Below are positions 50,825 through 64,000 of a DNA stretch of 64,000 nt, piece after piece. Source of the stretch: Proteromonas lacertae. Taxonomy: Eukaryota. The notes under the pieces were generated by a model. It saw nothing but the letters and a program-made list of their open reading frames with translations. It made no database searches and was not told the DNA's origin. Location: the NCBI GenBank assembly GCA_002245135.1, contig NGBS01000586.1, positions 124,001 to 188,000 on the forward strand. The letters are read 5' to 3'. The number at the start of each line of letters is the position of its first letter. Positions within the stretch are counted from its first letter, which is position 1. Made by a program: the position numbers and the translations under genes.

Positions 50825-53800
50825 TGATACATCTGGAGGTCCATTGGGAGGTGTAACAATCTTTGTGTCAATATTTGGTTCAGTTAATTTTGGTATTCCA
50901 TCAAATAATTCTTCTTCATTTTCTTCATTTTCTTCTTCTTCTTCTACATCATCGGTTGATGTAATTTGAGTTGTTTTCTCTTCTTCTTTTTCAATTTGTA
51001 ATGATGAGTCTTCAACTCTTTCTTCCTCATCTTCTTCATATTCTGTTTCTTTCACTTCTTCCTCATCATCTTCTTCTTCCTCATCCTCTTCTTCTCCTTC
51101 TGAATCACTTGTAGATGCATCTGGTGGACCAGGAGTTATTATTATTTCATTACTAATATTCTTCACTTCACTTTCATCTACAACTATTTCTTCTTCTTCC
51201 CATCCTTCATCTTCATTTTCGTTCACATCTCCAGCTAATTCTTCATTCACTGCAGCTTTATCATCATCATCATCATCATCTTCATCATCTTCATCATCTT
51301 CATCATCATCTTCTTCTTCTTCCCCCTCCTCCTCTTCTTCTTCTTCATCAGCACTTGAAGTAGGTCCAGGTGTTAAAGCTGATATTGATCTCTTCACATT
51401 TTGAGTTTCATCATTATCTCCATTATCTTCATCTTCCCACTCTTCATCATCATCATCATCATTTTTACTCACTTCTTTTCTTTCAACTGGTTTCCATTCT
51501 TCGTCAAAATCATCTTCGTCATCTCCTTCTTTTATTTTAACAGTTTTCTTTGGTTTTGATCCTAAATTAGCTTGTTTCAATTGAGATTCATCAATTTCTA
51601 CATCATCCCAACCATCTTCTTCTTCTTCTTCCCATTCTTCTTCTTCACCTTCTTCATCATATTCTTCTTCTTCTTCTTCTTCTTCTTGTGAATGTAATGG
51701 AACTCTAGTCGATGGTGATGCTTTTTGAAGTGAAGCAGTCTTTAGATTGGATGTATCAATTTCTATATCATCCCATCCATCTTCTTCATTATCATTTTCT
51801 GTTGGTTTAGTCTGCATTAATTGTTGTTTTGGTTGTTTAGGATTTTGCACTTCTTCTTCTTCTTCCTCCCATTCATCATCATCATCTTCTTCTTCTTCTT
51901 CTTGTTGGGGATGAAGTGGTTGTCTCGTTGATGGAGCTTGTTTTTGTAAAGATGCTGGCTTAAGGTTTGATGTATCAATCTCTATATTATCAGTTCCCCA
52001 TTCATCATCCCAACCATCATCTTCTTCGTTTTGATTAACAGTTGTTGACATTTGAACACTATTCTCTTTCTTTACAGATTTATCTAAATTGGCTGGTTTT
52101 AACTGTGTTTCATCAATCTCTACATCATCCCATCCATCTTCTTCTGTCTCTTCTGTTGGTTTAGTCTGTATTGATTGTTGTTTTAGTTGTTGTTTTACTT
52201 CTTCTTCTTCTTCTTCTTCTTCCCATTCTTCTTCTTCACCTTCATCTTCTTCTTGTTGGGAATGTAATGGTTGTCTTGTAGTTGGTTTATGTAATGAAGC
52301 AGTCTTTAATTGTGTTTCATCAATCTCTATATCATCCCAACTTTCCTCCTCTTCCTCCTCTTCTCTTTTCTTGTTCTTCTGAGTATGTATTTGTTGTTGT
52401 TTTGGTTCATCTTCCCATCCTTCTTCTTCATAATCTTCCAGTTTTGATTGAAGTTTTGTTGATACTATTGGCTTTTGAAGTTTAGCTGTTTTTAACTGAG
52501 ATTCATCTATTTCTATATCATCCCATCCACTTTCTTCTTCTTCTTTTTCTTGTTTATTCACTGTTTCTGTTGGTTGCATTAACTCTGAATCGTTAATTTC
52601 TGCATCTCCCCAACCATCTTCATCATTCATATCCAATTGAATATCTTCAGTTATTCTTATTGGCCTTTTAACTACTTCTTTCTCTTCTTTTTTAGTTCTT
52701 TTATTCTTCTTCATTCCCAATTTTGATTTCTTAAGGTTATTATTATTTTTTTCACTTTCATCTTGATTCTTTGTTCCAAATTTATTCTTTCCTAATTTGG
52801 CTGGTTTTATTGGAATATCTAAATTTAGATCATCATCTGCAACATCCCAGCCATCTTCATTCTCTTGAGATATATTATCAATTGGTTTATCATCTTCAAC
52901 AGTTTCTGGAATATCAATTGATTCATCTAAGCCCCAACTATTTGAATCAATACCAACTTCATCGTCTTCAATCACTTGTTTAATTATTGATTTCTTTGGT
53001 TTATTTTTTTCTTTTTTATCATTCTTTTCAGCATGTAATTTGGATGATGTTTTTATTTCTATTTCATCATTTTCCCATCCATCTCCATCTTCTTCTGTAG
53101 GAATATCCAAAGTGTCATTCATATTCCATCCACTATCTACTGTATCATCTAATGTTACATCTAATATAGATTTCTTATTAGATTTCACTATATCTTCAGG
53201 TATATCCAAACTATCATCATTAATTCCCCATGTATCTTCATCCACTTGAATATCATTATCATTGTCTTCATTTTCTTTTTCTTTCATATTTGTTCTTACT
53301 TCTGGTACAATGATATTATCGGTTGGCTTCTTTGGAGTTATTTTCCAATTTGATTCATCATTATCATCTTCCCATTTATCATCTTTTTCATTATCTAAAT
53401 CTCCAAATGATGTACTTTTCTTCTTCTTATTCTGTAGTTGTGTATTTTCATTAGTAATATCATCATGATCATGTTCATGATAAGGATCATTATTTATCTC
53501 TGAATTGTTATTATCCAGGTATCTATCTTCACTCCAATAATCCTCTGTCATAGATATTGGACGAGAATTTGAAAAAGATGATGGAGATATTGTTGTTTCA
53601 TTATTTAACTTATTACTTAATGAATCTGATGAAGATGATGGTAGTGTAATACTTTCATCAATTGGTTTAATATCTAAATCAAGAGGTAGATTCAATGGTC
53701 TTGCCTTCTTATCACGTTTCGATGATCTTCTCCATTTCTTTTGATTCTTTCTTTCTCCAACTATTGGTTTTACTTCTTCACTTGGTTTAATATCTTCTTC

Positions 53801-56800
53801 TATTTTTATATCTTCACTTTCACACCATCCACTTTCATTATCTTCTATTATTGGAGCTGTTTCAGTAGGTTTAACTTCTTCTGTAGATTTCACTGGACTT
53901 GATGAACTTGATGAAGCTAAGGATTTAAGATTAGATATTTTTGTTAAATAAGAATTTACATCAACTGGTTTACTTTCTTCTACTGGATTTGATTCTTCAA
54001 CTATTGGTTTTACTTCTTCATTTGGTTTAACTGGTGATGATGATGTGGAAGAAGCTATGGATTTTAAAGCAGCTATTCTATTAAAAATTCAGATGGATTT
54101 ACTTCACTTAGTTTACTTTCTTCAGTTGGAACTGTTTCTTCAACTATTGGTTTTACTTCTTCATTTGGTTTAATATCTTCTTCTATTTTTATATCTTCAC
54201 TTTCACACCATCCACTTTCATTATCTTCTATTATTGGAGCTGTTTCAGTAGGTTTAACTTCTTCTGTAGATTTCAACTGGTGATGATGATGTGGAAGAAG
54301 CTATGGATTTTAAAGCAGCTATTCTATTAAAAAATTCAGATGGATTTACTTCACTTAGTTTACTTTCTTCTACTGGAATTGTTTCTTCAACTATTGGTTT
54401 TACTTCTTCATTTGGTTTAATATCTTCTTCTATTTTTATATCTTCACTTTCACACCATCCACTTTCATTATCTTCTATTATTGGAGCTGTTTCAGTAGGT
54501 TTAACTTCTTCTGTAGATTTCACTGGACTTGATGAACTTGATGAAGCTAAGGATTTAAGATTAGATATTTTTGTTAAATAAGAATTTACATCAACTGGTT
54601 TACTTTCTTCTACTGGATTTGATTCTTCAACTATTGGTTTTACTTCTTCATTTGGTTTAATATCTTCTTCTATTTTTATATCTTCACTTTCACACCATCC
54701 ACTTTCATTATCTTCTATTATTGGAGCTGTTTCAGTAGGTTTAACTTCTTCTGTAGATTTCACTGGACTTGATGAACTTGATGAAGCTAAGGATTTAAGA
54801 TTAGATATTTTTGTTAAATAAGAATTTACATCAACTGGTTTACTTTCTTCTACTGGATTTGATTCTTCAACTATTGGTTTTACTTCTTCACTTGGTTTAA
54901 TATCTTCTTCTATTTTTATATCTTCACTTTCACACCATCCACTTTCATTATCTTCTATTATTGGAGCTGTTTCAGTAGGTTTAACTTCTTCTGTAGATTT
55001 CACTGGACTTGATGAACTTGATGAAGCTAAGGATTTAAGATTAGATATTTTTGTTAAATAAGAATTTACATCAACTGGTTTACTTTCTTCTACTGGATTT
55101 GATTCTTCAACTATTGGTTTTACTTCTTCATTTGGTTTAATATCTTCTTCTATTTTTATATCTTCACTTTCACACCATCCACTTTCATTATCTTCTATTA
55201 TTGGAGCTGTTTCAGTAGGTTTAACTTCTTCTGTAGATTTCACTGGTGATGATGATGTGGAAGAAGCTATGGATTTTAAAGCAGCTATTCTATTAAAAAA
55301 TTCAGATGGATTTACTTCACTTAGTTTACTTTCTTCAGTTGGAACTGTTTCTTCAACTATTGGTTTTACTTCTTCATTTGGTTTAATATCTTCTTCTATT
55401 TTTATATCTTCACTTTCACACCATCCACTTTCATTATCTTCTATTATTGGAGCTGTTTCAGTAGGTTTAACTTCTTCTGTAGATTTCACTGGTGATGATG
55501 ATGTGGAAGAAGCTAATGGATTTTAAAGCAGCTATTCTATTAAAAATTCAGATGGATTTACTTCACTTAGTTTACTTTCTTCAGTTGGAACTGTTTCTTC
55601 AACTATTGGTTTTACTTCTTCATTTGGTTTAATATCTTCTTCTATTTTTATATCTTCACTTTCACACCATCCACTTTCATTATCTTCTATTATTGGAGCT
55701 GTTTCAGTAGGTTTAACTTCTTCTGTAGATTTCACTGGACTTGATGAACTTGATGAAGCTAAGGATTTAAGATTAGATATTTTTGTTAAATAAGAATTTA
55801 CATCAACTGGTTTACTTTCTTCAGTTGGAACTGTTGTTCTTCAACTATTGGTTTTACTTCTTCACTTGGTTTAATATCTTCTTCTATTTTTATATCTTCA
55901 CTTTCACACCATCCACTTTCATTATCTTCTATTATTGGAGCTGTTTCAGTAGGTTTAACTTCTTCTGTAGATTTCACTGGACTTGATGAACTTGATGAAG
56001 CTAAGGATTTAAGATTAGATATTTTTGTTAAATAAGAATTTACATCAACTGGTTTACTTTCTTCAGTTGGAACTGTTTCTTCAACTATTGGTTTTACTTC
56101 TTCACTTGGTTTAATATCTTCTTCTATTTTTATATCTTCACTTTCACACCATCCACTTTCATTATCTTCTATTATTGGAGCTGTTTCAGTAGGTTTAACT
56201 TCTTCTGTAGATTTCACTGGTGATGATGATGTGGAAGAAGCTATGGATTTTAAAGCAGCTATTCTATTAAAAAATTCAGATGGATTTACTTCACTTAGTT
56301 TACTTTCTTCAGTTGGAACTGTTTCTTCAACTATTGGTTTTACTTCTTCACTTGGTTTAATTTAATATCTTCTTCTATTTTTATATCTTCACTTTCACAC
56401 CATCCACTTTCATTATCTTCTATTATTGGAGCTGTTTCAGTAGGTTTAACTTCTTCTGTAGATTTCACTGGACTTGATGAACTTGATGAAGCTAAGGATT
56501 TAAGATTAGATATTTTTGTTAAATAAGAATTTACATCAACTGGTTTACTTTCTTCAGTTGGAACTGTTTCTTCAACTATTGGTTTTACTTCTTCACTTGG
56601 TTTAATATCTTCTTCTATTTTTATATCTTCACTTTCACACCATCCACTTTCATTATCTTCTATTATTGGAGCTGTTTCAGTAGGTTTAACTTCTTCTGTA
56701 GATTTCACTGGTGATGATGATGTGGAAGAAGCTATGGATTTTAAAGCAGCTATTCTATTAAAAAATTCAGATGGATTTACTTCACTTAGTTTACTTTCTT

Positions 56801-59800
56801 CAGTTGGAACTGTTTCTTCAACTATTGGTTTTACTTCTTCACTTGGTTTAATATCTTCTTCTATTTTTATATCTTCACTTTCACACCATCCACTTTCATT
56901 ATCTTCTATTATTGGAGCTGTTTCAGTAGGTTTAACTTCTTCTGTAGATTTCACTGGACTTGATGAACTTGATGAAGCTAAGGATTTAAGATTAGATATT
57001 TTTGTTAAATAAGAATTTACATCAACTGGTTTACTTTCTTCAGTTGGAACTGTTTCTTCAACTATTGGTTTTACTTCTTCATTTGGTTTAATATCTTCTT
57101 CTATTTTTATATCTTCACTTTCACACCATCCACTTTCATTATCTTCTATTATTGGAGCTGTTTCAGTAGGTTTAACTTCTTCTGTAGATTTCACTGGTGA
57201 CTTGATGAACTGTGGATGAAGCTAATGGATTTAAGATTAGATATTTTAGTTAAATAAGAATTTACATCAACTGGTTTACTTTCTTCAATTGGGGGTTTTA
57301 CTTCTTCACTTGGTTTTGATTCTTGTTTCTTAGATATTTCACTCAAACTAATAATCTTAGACATCACTGGCTTATTCTCTTCTTTTGGTTGTTCAACATT
57401 ATTTTTTCCCACTGTTTTTGTAGTTTCATTCTTTGAATTTGATGTTTCAGGTTTTGAATCAACACTTTTATTCAACAAACCTTTAAGAGAACCAATACTA
57501 AATGAAGTTGGAACTTTAAGAGTTTGAGCTTTTTCAACTTTCTTACTTTCTACAGGTTTTGGAGGTGGTGTAACTGTTTCTGAGCCAAAAATATCATCAC
57601 CCCAAACATCGCCAAGCTTTTTGCCTTTTGTACTTTTAGTAGATGATGAAGTTATTGATGAAGATGATGGAGTTTTATTCTTTATACTGTTTGGTGTTGT
57701 TGTTGTTGTTTCTATTTTTATTTCTTTTGGTTTTATTGATGTTTCAGGTAATACTGATTCTTTCTTTGAACTTTTTCTTTCATCAAATTTTCTAGATGGT
57801 TCTTTTACCTCTGGATATGTTGTTGTTGTTGTTGTTACTTTGTGCTTTATTATTGGCTTACTTTTATCTTCATTAAATGATAGATTTGGAATAGTTTTAT
57901 TACTTTCTACTGATTGGTTTGATTCTTCCCTTTTGATTTGATTTGAGGGTGATTTTAGATTGGATATTTTAGATAAATTAACTTCAGTTTGTTTCTCTTC
58001 TTTTGGTTTAACTTCTTCCATTGATTTGACTGGACTAGTTGAAGTAGATGAGGAAGATGATGCTAAAGACTTCAAATTAGCAATTTTTGACATATATGAA
58101 TTTACTTCTACAACTGGTGGTTTTGCTTGTTGGATTGATGGTTTAGTTTCTTCTATTTTTATATTTTCAGCTTCTCCCCAACCACTTTCATCATCTATTA
58201 CTGGAGCTGTTTCTACTGGTTTAACTTCTTGTTTTATCCTTGCTTTTTCATTTTCAACTAATTTAACAGGCGTTGATGAAGTTGAAGATGCTAAGGATTT
58301 GAGATTGGATATTTTAGTTAAATAAGAATTTACATCACTTGGTTTTGGTTCTTCTTTTTGTTTACTTTCTTCTACTACTACTGGCGGTTTTACTTCTTCA
58401 TTGGGTTTTGATTGTTCTTCAATCTGTAAATCATCAGCTTCTCCCCATCCACCATCATTATCTTCTATTATTGGAGATGTTTCACTTGGTTTTGTTTCTT
58501 CACGTTTGATGTTTGGCTTGTCATTATCAAGCCCTAAATCATCATCCATACCCCAAACATCTCCCAATTTCTTATTCTCTTTCTTTACATTTTCATCTTT
58601 CTTATTATCAATTATTACTTTCTCATTATTCTTTGGTTCTGATGGTGCAGATAACATTGTAGTCAATGATTGTTCAGTTATCTTTGATGGTATTTTTAAT
58701 GCACCTTTTACTGGTATATTTTTATTACTACTACTGCTATTTGGTGAATCTTTCAATATTACAGACTTATATTTTGATAAATCAAATCCACTACTTAACT
58801 TCAATCCACCTTTTGTATTATTTGGATTAATTGTTGGTGTTGAATTAGGAGTTTTCATGTTTGAATTAGGTGTTGTCATTGAAGGAATATTATTGGATAT
58901 TGTTTTGGGTTTTTCATCATTTTCCCACCCCCAATTATCACCTCCTCTTTTTTCATTATCATTATCATCATCATCATCATTATAATAACTGAATTTATTA
59001 CTATTTCTATTACTCACTGAAGTTTGATTATCCTCATTAAAGTCATCCCAAACATTTTCATCAGTTACTTTCTTTACTGCCATCTTCTCTTTTATTGGTC
59101 TTTTTTCTCGAGTTGGCTTGGTCTCTGTTGTTTTTAATGTCTTTTTAATTTGCATTGATGATGATGTAAATGATGGTGATGGTTGTTGTGGCTGATATTG
59201 TTGTGGTTGTGGTGGAGATTGCATCTTTTTGACTGGAGATATTTCAGCACCATTATCACCAAGTTGTTGTGATATATTCTCCAATATTTCTTTTGATTTC
59301 TCTATTATTTCCAGTGAATGTCTTCTTAATACTTCACTTGGATCTAATAATAGAGGAGATACATTAGGTAAGATAATATTGCAGATAACATCAGGTTTGA
59401 ATTGATTAAGTGATGAGAGAATGATCTTTAATATATGACTTCGAGAGTTATTCCCTTTATCTTTTAATCCATGAGCTATAATAGGTATTGCAGTCTATTT
59501 TAATATAAAATAATAATAAAATATACTTCTTTTTGACCTCTTTCATCAAATAATGATAATAATTTGCATACACAAATCACTGTATTTGTTCTAATACCAG
59601 GTTCTGGATCTTTCTCTAAAGCTTCAAAGTATTTTAATACTCTTGTATTTCTATTATATGTTGTTAACTTTGGAACAATGTATAACATTGATTTTAATGT
59701 TGCTTCTCTTAATACAGGAACTGTATCAGTAAAACCAGTTAAAATGGGAGTTAGTAATTGTTTGTTGAGTAATCCTTCATCTATTCTGTTTATATAAGTT

Positions 59801-61113
59801 CCAAGTTTCTAGTAATAATGAATTATATATTATATACTTGTAATAAAAATAATCGAGTAGCTCTATCAGGAAGTTCAAATAGTTTAATATAATAAGGAAC
59901 CATTATTTCACTATAATTAAATAAATAAATAACACTATATATATATATATATATATATACTAAAATTTATTCTCATCCATTTTGGTACTAATATATGACA
60001 ATATTTCTAATATAACAGCTACTACTTTTGGTTCTATATAATAGATCATATTAACTAATTGAGGAAAGAATATATTCTTAATAATATTGTCTGAATAAGT
60101 CTTTATATTTTCACTTAGTTGTTTGAATTCTGAAACTTTTTCTTCTAGTGATAGTTTTGAATGACAATTTATAATTTTTAAATCGCTATATATATATATT
60201 AATAATTATAATAAATACTTTATATATTCATTTTCAAATACATTCGACTTGATAAATTGATTTATTGATGGTCTTCTTGAAGCATTGTTATTTTTTGATT
60301 GTTTACATAAATTCTGTAAATCTAATGGTATTCCTTCAGGATATAATTGTTCAATTAATCTATTGCATTATAATTATACGTATTATATACATTCCTAAAC
60401 TATAAATATCAATCGAAGTTGGATATTTCTCAACCACATCCCAATTTGAAGATATTCTTTCTGGTGATTGGTAGCTGTATATAGTGCTATGATTATTCTC
60501 TATTAAATCTAATGGATATTCACCTTTTATAAAGCTTAAATCAAAATTACCTAACCTCCATGTGTTTCCCTACATTTAAATAATTTAACATTATTATACA
60601 GTAGTTACAAAGATTGAATCAGTTGTTATACTTCCATGAACACAATTACATTCATTATGAAGATAATTAATGGCTTCGATTATGCAATATAATCCCCAAC
60701 ACTTTAGTATGTCAATACTTTCTCTAAAATGATAAATAATATTTATAAATACGAATCATATGATGAAATTGTCTTTAACCAACTGTTTAGTGGATATATA
60801 CTCTCAGTTGCAACATATATTTCTTCCTGAATTTCTGAACCATCCACTATTCTTAGTATGTTGGAATCTTGAAACTTTTTTATTAAATCAAGTCTATAGG
60901 ATAAATTTCTTATTATATACCCCTTAATTCCAGCTTTAGTTTTTGGTGAAAGACGGAAAATTGATATTGGAAGGCCATTTTCTTTTATAGTACCTTCATA
61001 AAGTTCCCACTTTGTAGAGTTTTGGTAGTTATCAATCTAAGCGAATAAAATAAAATGTGTCATACTTTTTTACCGAGAGCAAAAGGCAATTTGGATAATG
61101 CCTGATTGCCCAT
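48287..61113 (-). CDS. SCYL: SCY1-like (SCYL) pseudokinase/HEAT protein with a giant acidic repeat tail; frameshifts within the repeat array
   Basis: MGNQ start, YVATE, CVHGSI...WRLGNF, GFTDTVPVLREATLKS and DPEPGIRTNTVIC. The last exon is open from about 59494 into the 697-aa ORF and on through the repeats to the 1868-aa ORF. Confidence 0.75.
53760..57310 (-). repeat. Coding tandem array, about 14 units of 240 bp (type A) or 246 bp (type B)
   Basis: The core CCACTTTCATTATCTTCTATTATTGGAGCTG recurs 14 times from about 53829 to about 57130. Confidence 0.95.
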
Positions 61114-61302
61114 ATCAAAAAAACTAAAAAAAGTTTTTGAATGTCAAACTTAATTCAAGCTTCATTTTTAATTTCCTTTGATTTTTTGAACTACACAAAC
61201 ATCATTATGCATTTTTATAAGCATTTTTCTTGATATTGTAGCATCATCATGCATTTTACACAAAATTACAATCAAAAAATAAAGAAATTATTAATTTCCT
61301 TT

Positions 61303-62517
61303 TCAATTTGAATCAAAAGATCCTTTTCTAGCATTTACAGGAGGAGTAGATATAGATGGGACAAAATTTGGTTGAGGTTTAATATTTGGAGATGAAACTG
61401 ATAAATCAGAATTTTTCTGATGATTTGTAGGAGTTACACCAGTTTGAATGGGTGGTGGTGGTGGAGGAGGTTGTGATGTATTTGGTATAGGAGGTGGATT
61501 AACAGCAAACTTTTTATTAGGAAGAGGTGTAGAGCAAAGAGAATTAGATCTCTCTCTTTTAGAAGGACGATTCAAATGATGTCTATAACTTTGACTTTCT
61601 TCAATCATCACATCAAGTTCTATAAACATAATAATATGAAATAAATTCATAATTTAAATACTATCAATGAAGTCTTGTTCCCCTTCTAACAGCAAATATT
61701 TAGTTTGGTTCATGAAATTGGTAATATACTGATTAAGGTTATTTTCAGCTAAAGAATGTTTAATTGCACAAATTTGTATAATTGGGTTTCTAAAACAGAT
61801 ACAAGCACAACAGAAACAACTATTTCGAATAAAATAATATATAAATACCAATCATGAAGAAATTTGATAGAAGATTTATATACTTTTTCAATTGTGTCTT
61901 TTTCTGTTATTTTTGTTGATAAGGTTGTTTGTATCATATTCATAATATTACGATGAGGAAGATCATAATCAACATCAAAACCTAAGTTAATTAACAATTG
62001 CTGTTCTGATTGTTTCACTTTCTCAATATGTTGTTTTAATTCTTGTTGATTAAAAATATGAAATTTTGGATTTATAGAAAACTTATATTCATTTGATTTA
62101 CTGCACAATAAGTCTAAAGGTATAGCTTGATCGATTACCATTTTAGAAGCAACTAATATTGAAGCTTCTTCATACAAAATATGATCATTTTCATTCTCTA
62201 TGAACATTACTGTATATAATCTGTGAAATAATATTTTTGATAAAAATGTAAGTGATAATCTAGAAATAAAAACAAACCAATTATCAATACAGAGTATCTG
62301 ATGGATACTTTCTGATTTCTTGGATGAGATCTAGAATTGCATGAATATTTTCACATGAACTAACTCTGAGACTATTTTTGGAGATAATATATCATAAAAA
62401 ATACTTCATCTCTTCACCTAAACTAACACCTTTAAGTCTGGATGGTGAAAATAACTCAATAGCTCTATATGGAATAATTCTATTATCTTTATAATATTTT
62501 GATGTTGAAACAGACAT
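61303..62517 (-). CDS. Transcriptional cyclin (T/K/L-like); multi-exon
   Basis: SPSRLKG, IYFHRL, EASILVASK and EQQLLINLGFDVDYDLPH, followed by a Pro-rich tail. Confidence 0.8.
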
Positions 62518-62606
62518 GAAAAATCAAAAAGTGTAATTCAGAGTAAATTTGTCAATTAAACATTACAGGCTTGAGTCTTCGAGTCTTACTCTTTTAAAAA
62601 ATCATC

Positions 62607-64000
62607 ATGGAATCATTTTATATTGCTCTATTTGTTGTTTTTACAACAATCTGTGTGTCAATTAAATATTACACTCGAATTCCAAGCAATGTAAGCACAA
62701 AGTATTTCTATATGTTTTCCTCACTTCTAGTAAACAATTTCAGAGACTCCAGATGAAATATTTGATAGCTTTCTATCTTTTCAAGTTGGCTGATTGGTGT
62801 CAAGGTCCATACTTCTACGATGTGTATTTTTTCAGTTAGTTTTTTTATTATTTTTTAATCATAGATACCAACATAAAAAATGGAATGGAGAAACCTTATC
62901 TGACACACTCGTAGGTGCTTTATTTTTATGTGGATTTTTATCAAGCATGATTTTTGGTACTTTCGTTGGAGGTTGGGTAGATCGATTAGGTCGTAAAAAG
63001 GGCTGTCAAATCTACTGTGGTTTATACACATTAGCTGCACTAAGTACTTATGCTGATAATTATTTCATCTTAATATCTGGCAGAATTTGTGGAGGAATTT
63101 CAACTTCATTGTTATTCTCTGCTCCTGAAGCCTGGTTAATAGGTGAACACAAAGCAGGCGGTTATCCTGAAGAATGGATAAACCATTTATTTGGTTGGGT
63201 ATTTTTTGGTGATTCAATAATGGCAATAATAGCAGGATTTATCTGTCAACCAGCTGCTAATAATTATGGATATAGTGGTCCATTCTTTGCAAGTGCTATA
63301 ATCTTAATAATTGCTTTAGTGTATATAACAATTGATTGGACAGAAAATTATGGTGATAAAAATGTGGTTGGAACTACTAATTTCAGTGATGCTTGGAAAG
63401 TGTGTAAAGAAAGAAAAGTATTTACACTAGGAATGATCCAAAGTTTATTTGAAGGTTCAATGTATGTGTTTGTATTATTATACGTTCCAATACTTCGAGA
63501 ATCTTCTAAAGAAAGTGGTGATCTTTATGGTGAACCTCCAATTGGTAATATCTTTTCAATTTATATGATTGGTTGTATGATAGGAAGTTCATTGTTTTCA
63601 ATGGCATTAGGTCGAAATTGGACAATAATGGAGATAGCTCGAGTAGTATTTATAATCGCAAGTAGTTCAATTGGTTGTTCAATATTATTAAAGAATTATG
63701 TATAAATATGTATTTATAATGTAAATAATAGTTTGTTGTAGTATTAATGTGTTATATCTTATTTGAAAGTACTGTAGGTAGTTATTACCCTTGTATTGGT
63801 TCAATGAGGAGTATAATAGTACCTGAGAAAGTAAGAAGTACTGTAATGAATTTCTATAGAATACCTGTATATATGAATATATATATATATATATATAATA
63901 TAGTTAAATTTGTTTGTGATCTTAGCATTTTTGAATATAGATAAATTAGGTCATTCTGGAACAATGTTTGTAGCTACCTTAGGTTTATGTGGTTGTTTTG
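62607..64000 (+). CDS. MFSD5: MFSD5/MOT2-family molybdate-anion transporter; runs off the window's right end
   Basis: LADWCQGPY, GFLSSMIFGTFVG, GGISTSLLFSAPEAW, QSLFEGSMYVFV and RSTVMNFYRIP. Confidence 0.92.

Noticed and set aside
53760..57310. CRISPR-like array or transposon
   Set aside because: The units are long, in-frame coding repeats with no unique spacers, terminal repeats or cas/transposase genes.
48538..58985. Many plus-strand Ser/Phe/Leu-rich ORFs
   Set aside because: They are antisense shadows of the Glu/Asp/Lys-rich minus-strand coding sequence.

Overview
Very AT-rich, gene-dense nuclear DNA from a eukaryotic microbe. It uses the standard genetic code and has tiny GT-AG introns (about 27-45 nt). 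The intron style resembles Blastocystis/Proteromonas-type stramenopiles, but that is inference only. Housekeeping genes: TBC1D19-like, CLU, a TPR protein, HAUS6, DBR1, a histidine acid phosphatase, XRN1, GRASP, a RanBP2-finger HDAC, R2R3-Myb, a Sec7 ArfGEF, SCYL, a cyclin and MFSD5. Between them lie accessory loci: (i) an acylated pseudokinase whose TPR array is built from seven exons of exactly 117 nt, all phase 0; (ii) a head-to-head pair of GPI-type surface-protein genes with near-identical 5' parts and divergent cores; (iii) a Crinkler/RHS-type double-NTPase gene with degenerate USP-like modules; (iv) two BTB-Ig-SPRY paralogs; (v) a 2.5-kb inverted duplication carrying four identical tRNA-Thr(UGU) genes; (vi) a candidate structured ncRNA of about 250 nt; (vii) a SCYL gene with a giant acidic, Trp-motif-rich tail that includes a 14-copy 240/246-bp coding tandem array. 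Several single-base frameshifts fall in homopolymers or repeats and are probably assembly errors. All gene models and family calls were made by eye; no searches were run.
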